This document shows, one piece after another, positions 1 through 8,489 of a DNA stretch of 64,000 nucleotides. The stretch is from Dehalococcoidia bacterium (GTDB lineage: Bacteria > Chloroflexota > Dehalococcoidia > DSTF01 > JACRBR01). The notes under the pieces are model-generated. The model was not told the DNA's origin. It searched no databases and worked only from the letters and a program-made list of their open reading frames with translations. How positions within the stretch are numbered: position 1 is the stretch's first letter; each line of letters begins with the position of its first letter. The position numbers were made by a program, and so were the translations under genes. The stretch spans positions 39,565-103,564 of the forward strand of contig JBBRPY010000004.1 of NCBI GenBank assembly GCA_038227375.1. The letters are read 5' to 3'.

Positions 1-756
<756 letters not shown>

Positions 757-782
757 TCTTAGTTCCTTGCTCAATGGGGAAT

Positions 783-806
783 GGAGACTAGAGATTGGAG
801 ATTGGG
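783..806 (+). repeat. heptanucleotide tandem array (GGAGACT AGAGATT GGAGATT GGG), left arm of cassette 1
   Basis: Period-7 repeat read directly from the sequence. It is complementary in composition to 1204-1235. Confidence 0.8.
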
Positions 807-838
807 TTCTCGGACTACGGTTGGCGAATTCGAGATCG

Positions 839-1188
839 CTAGTACTGGATCAGTCTCGTTAACTGCTTGCCAACTACTTCGTACTGCTCGATGAACTGCG
901 ATGCCTCCTCCTGCACAACGTAACCCGGCGCCGCGGCTGTTTTCAGATGGCCTTCCATTTCGTTTGAAGATCCGACTGAGATCGCGAGGAAGCTGCACAG
1001 CTCGCGGGGAGAACGTTGTCGGGCGTAGCCCTCCACGATGTTCGCAGCCACGGATTTGCAAGCGCGCCGCATCTGGCTGGCGAGATCATATTTCTCGTAA
1101 TCGGGAAACCCGAGGACCAACGAGTGGATTGGCTTCTGAAGGGCAACGCCCGTTTGTAGACTTCCAGATCTTCATAGCCGTGACCCAA
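839..1188 (-). pseudogene. four-helix-bundle protein (23S rRNA intervening-sequence protein / Avd-like family), disrupted by a 1-nt frameshift
   Basis: The N-terminus MGHGYEDLEVYKRALPF (ORF 943-1188, TTG start) continues in another frame as ..ALQKPIHSLVLGFPDYEKYDLASQMRRACKSVAANIVEGYARQ...SVGSSNEMEGHL (ORF 839-1120). It aligns with the intact paralog at 2315-2884. It could also be an assembly indel. Confidence 0.7.
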
Positions 1189-1203
1189 ATTCCGCTCGCG
1201 ATC

Positions 1204-1235
1204 CCCAGTCTCTCCAGTCTCTAATCTCTAATCTC
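1204..1235 (-). repeat. heptanucleotide tandem array (CCCAGTC TCTCCAG TCTCTAA TCTCTAA TCTC), right arm of cassette 1
   Basis: Period-7 repeat. It overlaps the stop codon (1228-1230) of the dehydrogenase at 1228-2409. Confidence 0.8.
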
Positions 1236-2409
1236 TTGGCAACCCCAACCCCCGCGTCGCGATGATGTTTCGCTGGATCTCCGACGTGCCGCCGGCAATC
1301 GTCGACGAGAGCGACGTCATGTAGCTGCTCTCGTAGCTCCCCTTCATCGGCGCCGCGTCGCCGTAGAGCTGGCCGTAGAGGCCCAGCACCTTCATGCCCG
1401 TGCGCGCGATCCGCTGGTTGAGCTCCGACGAGAAGAGCTTGGTCATCGAGGCCTCGTGGTTCGGGATCAGACCCTTCGCCTGCATCGTCACGACCCGGTA
1501 CGACATCATGCGCGAGACGTTCGCTTCGACGTAGCGGTCCGCCAGCTCGGTCCTGATCGACTGCATGTAGCCGCTCCGGCTAACGCCCGAGGCCTCCTGC
1601 TCCTTCGCGTACCTCACCAGCCGGTCGAGCTGCAGGCGAATGCCGACGGCGCTGCCGATGCTCGATCGCTCGAAGTCGAGCGTGGTGGTGCCGACGTACC
1701 AGCCGCGGTTCACCTCGCCCACGATGTTCTTCGCGGGCACGCGCACATCCTGGAAGAACACCTCGCTGAACATGTTCTGGTTCGCCAGATTGGTCAGCGG
1801 CCGCACCTCGACGCCCGGCGACTTCATGTCGAGCAGGAAGTAGCTGATGCCCTTGTGCTTCGGGGCATCAGCGTCGGTGCGCGCCATCATGAACATCCAA
1901 TGCGCGTACTGCGCGCCGGAGGTCCAGATCTTCTGGCCGTTGATTACGTAATCGTCGCCATCCTTCAGCGCGCGCGTCTGCAACGACGCGAGGTCCGAGC
2001 CCGAGCCTGGCTCGCTGAACCCCTGGCACCACTGCACATCGCCGGAGAGGATGCGGCTCAGGTGTTCCTTCTTCTGCTCCGGCGTGCCGTGCGTGATGAT
2101 CGTCGGGCCGACCATCGACACGCCCATGCCGCCGACCGGCGGCACGCGGTGCTCGGCGAACTCCTCATTCATGATGAACTGCTGCATAACGGAGAGGCTG
2201 GCGCCGCCGTACTCCTTCGGCCACGCCGGCGCGATCCACCCCTTGCCCGCCAGCTTCTCGCGCGTGTCCTTCAGGCGCTCGAAGGCGCCGCGATACATTC
2301 CGCGCTCAGCGAACTCACCGTCCTTCGCGCTCTGCGGCAGCTCCTTGTCGATGAACTCCCGCACCTCTGTGCGGAACGCTGCTTCGTCGGTGCTGTCTTT
2401 GAAATTCAT
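1228..2409 (-). CDS. acyl-CoA dehydrogenase family protein, paralog B
   Basis: 393-aa ORF with WIAPAWPKEYGGAS, CQGFSEPGSGSDLASLQTRALKDGDDYVINGQKIWTSGA and a C-terminal GGTSEIQRNIIA motif. AGGAGGA lies 7 nt upstream of the ATG. Confidence 0.93.
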   Translation of the reverse strand: MNFKDSTDEAAFRTEVREFIDKELPQSAKDGEFAERGMYRGAFERLKDTREKLAGKGWIAPAWPKEYGGASLSVMQQFIMNEEFAEHRVPPVGGMGVSMVGPTIITHGTPEQKKEHLSRILSGDVQWCQGFSEPGSGSDLASLQTRALKDGDDYVINGQKIWTSGAQYAHWMFMMARTDADAPKHKGISYFLLDMKSPGVEVRPLTNLANQNMFSEVFFQDVRVPAKNIVGEVNRGWYVGTTTLDFERSSIGSAVGIRLQLDRLVRYAKEQEASGVSRSGYMQSIRTELADRYVEANVSRMMSYRVVTMQAKGLIPNHEASMTKLFSSELNQRIARTGMKVLGLYGQLYGDAAPMKGSYESSYMTSLSSTIAGGTSEIQRNIIATRGLGLPRD

Positions 2410-2884
2410 GCGTCAGTTCCTCCTGGTCGTCGGTCGTCAGGGCGTCGTGCGCTGTCGTGTGATCGTCGGCATCGCGTGGGATCTTGGTGCGCCAGTGTTG
2501 CCACAATCGGAACACCTGCTTCGAGACGATCGCGTACTCGCTCTCAAACTGATCGTGCGTTGACTGAGAGAGGTATTCGAGCTCGCGCGCGACGTCGAGA
2601 TGCACCCGCACTTCGGTTGAAGAGCCGTAGGAGATACGCAGGTGCTTGCAGAACAATTTAGGCTCATCGCGAATGGCATACCCTTCCCCGATGTCCGCAG
2701 GAACGGACTTCGCCGCACGCCGAATCTGGCTGGCGAGATCAAACCGCTCGTAGTCCGGGAACGTCAGGACCAGCTCGTGGATCGGTTTCAGAAGGCCAAA
2801 CGCGCGCTTGTAGACGTCGAGATCCTTGTAGCCGAGTATCTCGATGATCTGCGCTGTCCCCGACGACCGGCGGCCGCCTACCAT
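2315..2884 (-). CDS. four-helix-bundle protein (23S rRNA intervening-sequence protein / Avd-like family)
   Basis: Contains YKDLDVYKRAFGLLKPIHELVLTFPDYERFDLASQIRRAAKSVPADIGEGY...SYGSSTEVRVHLDVAREL. The recognisable domain ends near 2490. The ORF then reads through the left repeat arm and overlaps the next gene by 95 nt, so the functional 3' end is uncertain. Confidence 0.75.
   Translation of the reverse strand: MVGGRRSSGTAQIIEILGYKDLDVYKRAFGLLKPIHELVLTFPDYERFDLASQIRRAAKSVPADIGEGYAIRDEPKLFCKHLRISYGSSTEVRVHLDVARELEYLSQSTHDQFESEYAIVSKQVFRLWQHWRTKIPRDADDHTTAHDALTTDDQEELTHEFQRQHRRSSVPHRGAGVHRQGAAAEREGR
2425..2447 (+). repeat. heptanucleotide array GGTCGTC x2 + AGGGCGTCG, left arm of cassette 2
   Basis: Read directly from the sequence. 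It abuts the Shine-Dalgarno site of the gene starting at 2409. Confidence 0.85.
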
Positions 2885-2958
2885 CCGTCCCCCACTTTAC
2901 TCAGAGCGAGCCACAGGTCCTCTACGGCGGCCGCTCCCGCTCGCATCGACAGCTGCTG

Positions 2959-2989
2959 CGACGTCCCTGACGACCGACGACCGACGACC
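2959..2989 (-). repeat. heptanucleotide array (CGACGTCCCT + GACGACC x3), right arm of cassette 2
   Basis: Reverse complement of the left arm plus one extra unit. It starts 10 nt downstream of the stop of the gene at 2999-4216. Confidence 0.85.
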
Positions 2990-2998
2990 ATCGTCCCC

Positions 2999-4216
2999 CT
3001 ATGCCCGCGGCATGCCCAGCCCCCGGCTCGCGATGATGTTCCGCTGGATTTCGCTCGTGCCGCCGCCGACAGTGCTGGTGGTAGCGTACAGGTAGGCGCT
3101 GGCGACGCGGCCGTTCGACGCCACGTACGGGCTCGCCTTCGTGAGCTGGCCGTAGGCGCCGAGCGTCCTCATCGCCGTCCCGGCGATCCGGATATCCAGT
3201 TCCGATGAGAAGAGCTTGGCGATCGACGACTCCTTGTTCGGCACGAGGCCGCGGTTCTGCATCGAGATCACCTGGTACGAGAGCATCGATTCGACCTCCG
3301 ACTCGATGGCGCGGTCGGCGATCTCGTGCCGCACCGCCTTCGCCTTCGAGATGAATCCCTGGCCGCGGTTGTCGCGCACGAATTTCGCGAGGTCGTTGAC
3401 CATCAGCCCGTGCGAGACGCTGGTGGCGATGCCGGAGCGCTCAAAATCGAGCGTGGTGGTGCCGACGTACCAGCCGCGGTTCTCCTCGCCGATCAGGTTG
3501 TCCTTGGGTACGCGCACGTTGTCGAAGAAGACCTCATTGAAGTCGTGGTTGTTCGCCATGTTCACTAACGGACGGACCGTGATCCCCGGCGACTTCATAT
3601 CGAGGATGAAGTAGCTGATGCCCTTGTGCTTCGACGCATCGGGGTCGGTGCGCGCAAGCAGGATCATGTAGTGCGCGACGTGCGCGCCCGAGGTCCAGAT
3701 CTTCTGCCCGTTTATGACGTAGTCGTCGCCGTCCTTCGTTGCGCGCGTCTGGATCGATGCGAGGTCCGACCCCGCGCCCGGCTCGCTGAAACCTTGGCAC
3801 CAGACGGCATCGCCCTTGACGATCGAAGGCAGGTACTTGCTCTTCTGCTCCTCGCTGCCATAGAGGATGATCGTCGGGCCGGCCCAGCCGGTCCCGATGC
3901 CGAAGTTGCCGCCCTTCGGAGCGCCGACGCGCGCCATCTCCTCGTTGAAGATGAACTGCTCCATCACGGTCATACCTGCGCCGCCGTACTCTTTCGGCCA
4001 GGCCGGGGCGATCCACCCCTTGACGGCGAGCTTCCGCACCCACGTGGCATTGGTCTTGCGATAGTCCTCCGGCGACATGCTGGTGTCGTCCCAGCCGCCA
4101 CCGCCGAACATGGCGCCGAAGCCCCTCCGCTTGATGCCGGGCGGGCACTCCGTCTCGATGAACGCGCGGACCTCGGCGCGAAATGCGGCCTCGGTGGATG
4201 TGTCGTGAAAATCCAT
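2999..4216 (-). CDS. acyl-CoA dehydrogenase family protein, paralog C
   Basis: 405-aa ORF with the same motifs as the two paralogs: WIAPAWPKEYGGAG, CQGFSEPGAGSDLASIQTRATKDGDDYVINGQKIWTSGA, GGTSEIQRNIIA. Confidence 0.93.
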   Translation of the reverse strand: MDFHDTSTEAAFRAEVRAFIETECPPGIKRRGFGAMFGGGGWDDTSMSPEDYRKTNATWVRKLAVKGWIAPAWPKEYGGAGMTVMEQFIFNEEMARVGAPKGGNFGIGTGWAGPTIILYGSEEQKSKYLPSIVKGDAVWCQGFSEPGAGSDLASIQTRATKDGDDYVINGQKIWTSGAHVAHYMILLARTDPDASKHKGISYFILDMKSPGITVRPLVNMANNHDFNEVFFDNVRVPKDNLIGEENRGWYVGTTTLDFERSGIATSVSHGLMVNDLAKFVRDNRGQGFISKAKAVRHEIADRAIESEVESMLSYQVISMQNRGLVPNKESSIAKLFSSELDIRIAGTAMRTLGAYGQLTKASPYVASNGRVASAYLYATTSTVGGGTSEIQRNIIASRGLGMPRA

Positions 4217-4320
4217 GTCTTACCTGTGTGCCGTCGCCGGTGCGGATGCGGATGCGGCGCCACGATCTTCCACAAGTCTCACGTGTACGTCAACTTCCGG
4301 ACGGGTCACGTGGTTCACCC

Positions 4321-4992
4321 TCATATCGCGCCCGCTGGTTCCCGCATCGGCTTCGCCTCGGGGTTGATGTAGCGCGGTCGCCCGCCCGGCTCCGCGCGTA
4401 CGGCATTCAGGTACACCCGCCCCCAGAGGTCGGCCCGCGCGCGGTCCATCTCGTCCTTCAGTCCCAGCATGTGCATCATGTCGAGCGTCATGCCGATGCC
4501 GAGGAACTGCCAGGCGACGAGCCGTGTGTTCACCTCCGCGCGGACGATGCCGCGCGCCTTGCCCTCGTCGAGCGTGTCGGCGACGAAGTCCACGAACGCC
4601 TCAAAATTGTCGCGAAGGGCGCCGCGGATGTCGGCGTCATCGACCTCGGACAGCGCGCGAAACTGCAGCTTCATGTTTGTCGCGTGGGATTCGAGGTGGT
4701 CGTAGTAGTAGACGCCGATCGCCCAGAGCGTCTCCATCGGGTCTTCGTAATCGACCGAGATCTCTTCCCAGATCTTCAGCAGGCGGGGCCCGGTCGCGCG
4801 AATCGCGGCGACGAAGAGCTCCTTTTTTCCTGAGAAGTGGCGGTAGAGCGCGGGTTCAGAAATGCCAGCCGCTTTCGCCAGGTCGGCGGTCCCGACGTGC
4901 GCATAGCTCTGCGACGCGAAGACATCGCGCGCGCTCTCGATGATCTGGCGCCTGCGCTTGGCCGCGGGAAGCCGTGCCGCTCTCTGGTGCAT
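4321..4992 (-). CDS. TetR/AcrR family transcriptional regulator
   Basis: N-terminal HTH region RRRQIIESARDVFASQSYAHVGTADLAKAAGISEPALYRHFSGKKELF. The ATG at 4992 is preferred over the GTG at 5028, which lies inside a palindrome. Confidence 0.85.
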   Translation of the reverse strand: MHQRAARLPAAKRRRQIIESARDVFASQSYAHVGTADLAKAAGISEPALYRHFSGKKELFVAAIRATGPRLLKIWEEISVDYEDPMETLWAIGVYYYDHLESHATNMKLQFRALSEVDDADIRGALRDNFEAFVDFVADTLDEGKARGIVRAEVNTRLVAWQFLGIGMTLDMMHMLGLKDEMDRARADLWGRVYLNAVRAEPGGRPRYINPEAKPMREPAGAI

Positions 4993-5011
4993 TACGTCCG
5001 CTCCGGAATGA

Positions 5012-5029
5012 AGTGAGTGAGCACTCACT
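5012..5029. promoter_or_regulatory. candidate TetR operator (8-bp inverted repeat AGTGAGTG-AG-CACTCACT)
   Basis: A perfect 8+8 palindrome lies 20 nt upstream of the tetR ATG. Its size and position are typical for autoregulated TetR genes. This is inference. Confidence 0.4.
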
Positions 5030-5098
5030 ACCGATGGGAAGAGGATAAGACAGATAGCTGGACGCCGTCAAGCGGCAAACCGCGGCCAACGGGCGAGC

Positions 5099-6184
5099 CT
5101 ACCCCACCTTCAACCGCCAGACGCCGGACTCGTTCGCGAAGACGAGCGTGCCGGAGGGATCGCGGGCGAGGTGCAGCGAGCAGCCATCCACGATCGGCAG
5201 CGGCGCGGTGGCCGGATGGTCGACGTCGACGAGCACCATCTGCCGCGAGACGACGCCGCAGACCGCGACCCGTCCGCCGCCGGACCACCCGCCGTAGGCG
5301 GACGGCACGACGGCGAGACCGGACGGAGCGATCGTGTCGTGGAACACCCGCAGGGGAGCGACATCGCCCGCGCGGGGAGCATCGGCCGGTGCGGGCGGCC
5401 AGCCGTAGTTCAACGCCGGCTTGATGTCGTTGACCTCGTCGTCGCCGTTCTCGCCGTTATCCGCGCCCAGCAGCCTCCCCTCAGGCGTCCAATCGAAGGC
5501 GAAGGTGTTCCGGATGCCGAGCGCCCAAACGCGCGGATCCGCCACGGTGGCGTCGCGGAACGGGTTGCCGGAGGACGGATCGCCGTTCGCGTCGATCCGG
5601 AGGACCTTCCCGAATGGCGAGCGCGCGTCTTGGGATTCGCCGAAGTTGTGGTTGTCGCCGATGTCCACGTACAGCGCCCCCTCCGGCCCGAAGCCGAGGG
5701 AGCCGGCGTTGTGGATGCCGTTCGATGGCACTTCAAGGATGGTCTTCGGATCGCTGAGGCCGCCGTTGGCGGCAATCGTGAGCGCGACGACGCGGCTCAC
5801 CGACGCTTCGCCGCCGTCGTGCCTGGCGTCGCCGGGGTCATCCTTCGGGACCGAGAGGTAGGCGAAGAGCTGCGTGCCGTCCGGCGAGATCGCCATGCTC
5901 TCGAGCCCGCTCTCGCCACCCGACGACACGGCGAAGTCCCAACGCTGCTTCCCTCCCGAAAACACGCGACCCGACTTCAGCTCGCCGTACCAGAGCGTGC
6001 CATCGGGAGCAAACACGAACGCCGCCGGCGTTTCGGCGCGGACGACGCGCTCGATGCTGAGTCGCACTCCCGGTGGCGACGCGAGGACGCGCGGTGTGTC
6101 CTGCGCCTTGGCGCCACCGCACGCCGCGGCGAGAAGAACTGCAATCCCAAGGAGCGCCGCGGTCAGCGACCGCGCGCCAAGCAT
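5099..6184 (-). CDS. PQQ-dependent sugar (glucose/sorbosone) dehydrogenase family lipoprotein
   Basis: Signal/lipobox MLGARSLTAALLGIAVLLAAACGG. Beta-propeller motifs GSLGFGPEGALYVDIGD, FGKVLRIDANG, VWALGIRNTFAFDW and DEVNDIKPALNYGWP. The start is taken at internal M41 of the ORF 5099-6304. Confidence 0.7.
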   Translation of the reverse strand: MLGARSLTAALLGIAVLLAAACGGAKAQDTPRVLASPPGVRLSIERVVRAETPAAFVFAPDGTLWYGELKSGRVFSGGKQRWDFAVSSGGESGLESMAISPDGTQLFAYLSVPKDDPGDARHDGGEASVSRVVALTIAANGGLSDPKTILEVPSNGIHNAGSLGFGPEGALYVDIGDNHNFGESQDARSPFGKVLRIDANGDPSSGNPFRDATVADPRVWALGIRNTFAFDWTPEGRLLGADNGENGDDEVNDIKPALNYGWPPAPADAPRAGDVAPLRVFHDTIAPSGLAVVPSAYGGWSGGGRVAVCGVVSRQMVLVDVDHPATAPLPIVDGCSLHLARDPSGTLVFANESGVWRLKVG

Positions 6185-6210
6185 CGGCGGGTACGCCGCG
6201 TCTGGCCTCG

Positions 6211-6681
6211 CTAGGATGCGCCGGCCATCTGCGCCATCGCTGCGGCAGCGCGCTTCTCCATCTCGTCCGCGGGCACGTCTTCGATGTGCGTCGCGATGCT
6301 CCACTCATGCCCAAACGGATCCTTCACGGTGCCGACGCGGTCGCCGTAGAACTTGTTCTCAATCGGGTGCACAACCGTGGCGCCCGCATCGACGGCGCGC
6401 GCGAACGCGCGCTCCGTGTCCGGCACGTAGACCATGAAGGAGCACGCCGAGCCTTGGAGCGCGAGCGGCGACCGGTCCGGCATGTCTGCGAGCATGAAGA
6501 CAGAATCACCGAGCTCGATCTCGGCGTGTCCCACCGTGCCATCGGGACCCGCCAGGCGCATCCGTTCCGTCGCGCCGAAGACGTCCTTATAGAAATCGAT
6601 CGCCTTCGCGGCGTCCTTGAAATAGAGGTACGCGGTGAGAGTGTGGTAGCCCTCGGGGGTCGTCTTCACGGATGGCGACAT
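6211..6681 (-). CDS. VOC (glyoxalase/bleomycin-resistance, PhnB-like) family protein
   Basis: 156-aa ORF with ..YLYFKDAAKAIDFYKDVFGA...GHAEIELGDSVFMLAD...FYGDRVGTVKDPFGHEWSIATH. Confidence 0.85.
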   Translation of the reverse strand: MSPSVKTTPEGYHTLTAYLYFKDAAKAIDFYKDVFGATERMRLAGPDGTVGHAEIELGDSVFMLADMPDRSPLALQGSACSFMVYVPDTERAFARAVDAGATVVHPIENKFYGDRVGTVKDPFGHEWSIATHIEDVPADEMEKRAAAAMAQMAGAS

Positions 6682-6860
6682 GGCACTGCTCCTTGTCCGA
6701 CGTGTTGCAGGGGATTCGTGCTTCGATTCTAGGCCGAACGGCTTCTCGCTTCAATACCCGGGGACGCCGGGGCCCGCGGACGCCCGCCCAAGTCGCACGT
6801 GCATTCCGGTTGAAGGGAGTAGTCACGATGAGCGCGCCGCCGCGAGCAACGAGACCGGAC

Positions 6861-7988
6861 TTATCCCGCGAAGTCCATCACGCAGTGCACGGTGACGCCG
6901 TCGGCGGGTGCGAAGAAGCAGCGGCCTCCAGCGCGGCGATACGCCGGGCTGAGGATCTCCTCGCGGTGGGCAGGGCTGTTCATCCACGCCTGCACCAGCG
7001 CGTCGGCCGACCAACCCTGCGTCCCCCAGGCCAAAATCTCGCCCAGCTGCACGGTGAAAGGGAACCCCGCCGCCTCGATCCGCGACACGAACGTGCTGCC
7101 GTCCGGACCGGTATGCGAGAACCAGCGGTTGTCGGAAAGCACCTTCGCGTAGCCGCTGGCGGCGTCGAGCAACCTGTTCTCGGCGATCACCGGCGCCAGT
7201 CCGGCCCGCACGCGCTCCTGGTTCACGAGGTCGCGGACCCGGCCGCTGTACACATCGTCATACCAACCGGCGGCAGACGTTACCGGCGGCGCCGGAGCGG
7301 GTGGCGGCGGTGGGGGCGACGGAGGTGGTGGAGGTGGTGGCGGGGCCGGCGGCGCCTGGGTGAGCGCCACGACTGGGGCAGCCGGTTCCGGAGGGGCCAG
7401 CGGCGGCGGCCCGGCCTGCTGCTGCGGCGCGCCAGGCAGCGCGCCCGCCGCGGCGAGCGCCTGCGCCGACTGCAGGATCTCGAGCAGCGACGGCTGCGTC
7501 GGCTGCGGGAGCGCGCCTGCCTTCGCGAGGGCGTCTGCCGCTCGCAGGATGTCGATCAGCGGCGGCTGGCTGGACGGCGCTTGCGGCGGCAACGCACCGG
7601 CCTTCGCGAGCGCGTCTGCCGCTCGCAGGATGTCGATCAGCGGCGGCTGGTTGGACGGCGCTTGCGGCGGCAACGCACCGGCCTTCACAAGCGCGTCGGC
7701 CGCCCGCAGGATGTCGATTAGCGGCGGCTGGCCGGACGGCGCTTGCGGCGGCAACGCGCCGGCCTTCGCGAGCGCATCTGCCGCTCGCAGGATCTCGATC
7801 AGCGGCGGATGCTCCGCGCTCATGGGCGCGGTGGGCTGGGCGAGATCGCCCGTGCGATCGGTTGCTTCTCCACCGCCGGAATCGGCGTGATAGGCGTAGG
7901 CAAGCCCGGCAGCCGCGGCGATCAGCGTGATCGCACCGGCGACAGCGGCGAGCATCTGCCAGCGGCCGGACGTGTGGCGTTCCTGCAT
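6861..7988 (-). CDS. membrane-anchored CAP/SCP (YkwD-like) domain protein with tandem 27-aa repeats and a poly-proline linker
   Basis: N-terminal TM segment LAAVAGAITLIAAAAGLAYAY. Four to five copies of PPLIDILRAADALAKAGALPPQAPS.Q, then a [15 protein letters not shown] linker. The C-terminal CAP-like region reads VNQERVRAGLAPV...NRWFSHTGPDGSTF...AWMNSPAHREEIL. Confidence 0.8.
   Translation of the reverse strand: MQERHTSGRWQMLAAVAGAITLIAAAAGLAYAYHADSGGGEATDRTGDLAQPTAPMSAEHPPLIEILRAADALAKAGALPPQAPSGQPPLIDILRAADALVKAGALPPQAPSNQPPLIDILRAADALAKAGALPPQAPSSQPPLIDILRAADALAKAGALPQPTQPSLLEILQSAQALAAAGALPGAPQQQAGPPPLAPPEPAAPVVALTQAPPAPPPPPPPPSPPPPPPAPAPPVTSAAGWYDDVYSGRVRDLVNQERVRAGLAPVIAENRLLDAASGYAKVLSDNRWFSHTGPDGSTFVSRIEAAGFPFTVQLGEILAWGTQGWSADALVQAWMNSPAHREEILSPAYRRAGGRCFFAPADGVTVHCVMDFAG
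7410..7808. repeat. 81-bp in-frame tandem repeat (4 good copies + 1 degenerate) inside the CAP-domain gene
   Basis: The marker TTGCGGCGGC recurs at 7581, 7662 and 7743, giving a period of 81 nt (27 aa). Confidence 0.9.
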
Positions 7989-8489
7989 GCGAGCGCTCCT
8001 CCCGACACCACATCCCCGGTGCCCCGCCGCGCGGTCGCGCGAACACGAGGGTGATGATGCGGCCGGAGCGGACGCGATCGTGAGAGCGCGAACCCTGACG
8101 GCATGCCACGGACGACGCCGAATGACGCGCGCCCTGACGCCTAGTGGCGCACCCTCGGTAGCTCGCGTGGAAGCGCCGACGCTCGCCCGTCCGCGAGCAC
8201 CAACGGTGCAACGAATGGAGGCGGCGAAGGCGGAGCGAACACGGGTGATGAGGGATCGTGAGAACGCCGAACGGACGACGTTGGATAGAGCCGTCGCCGA
8301 ACGCTACAGGCGGCGTTCCGTGCGGACAGAGTGACGAGCGAGGAGCGAGGACGCGCGGCAATTTCGCCCCGGAGAAGCTCCCCTTGCCACGCGGCGGAGG
8401 GGTGGTCGAAGACTCGTCGCGGAGAGGGATGGGGCCGTACGGGTGCGGCGCGGTGACTGTTTCGTGGAGCGCGGGCTAACTACGGCACG

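Larger units (their letters stand above)
783..1235 (-). mobile_element. cassette 1: frameshifted four-helix-bundle gene bounded by inverted heptamer arrays (putative insertion / IVS-like module)
   Basis: Arms at 783-806 and 1204-1235 are built from mutually complementary heptamers (AGAGATT vs TCTCTAA). They enclose only the four-helix-bundle gene remnant. The module sits between two acyl-CoA dehydrogenase cistrons. Confidence 0.35.
2425..2989 (-). mobile_element. cassette 2: intact four-helix-bundle gene bounded by near-perfect inverted GGTCGTC arrays (putative insertion / IVS-like module)
   Basis: The left arm is GGTCGTCGGTCGTCAGGGCGTCG. The reverse complement of the right arm is GGTCGTCGGTCGTCGGTCGTCAGGGACGTCG. 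Confidence 0.4.

Noticed and set aside
1456-2661. 401-aa plus-strand ORF
   Set aside because: It is antisense to the well-supported acyl-CoA dehydrogenase at 1228-2409. It is Arg/Ala/His-rich with no motifs, a typical high-GC shadow ORF.
4234-4252. GCGGAT hexamer mini-repeat (GTGCGGATGCGGATGCGGCG)
   Set aside because: There are only about 2.5 copies and the period is 6, not 7. It is too short to distinguish from chance in GC-rich DNA.
7258-8361. 367-aa minus-strand ORF overlapping the CAP-domain gene in another frame
   Set aside because: It is extremely Arg/Ala-rich. The alternative frame (6861-7988) has a TM anchor, a coherent repeat and a CAP domain.
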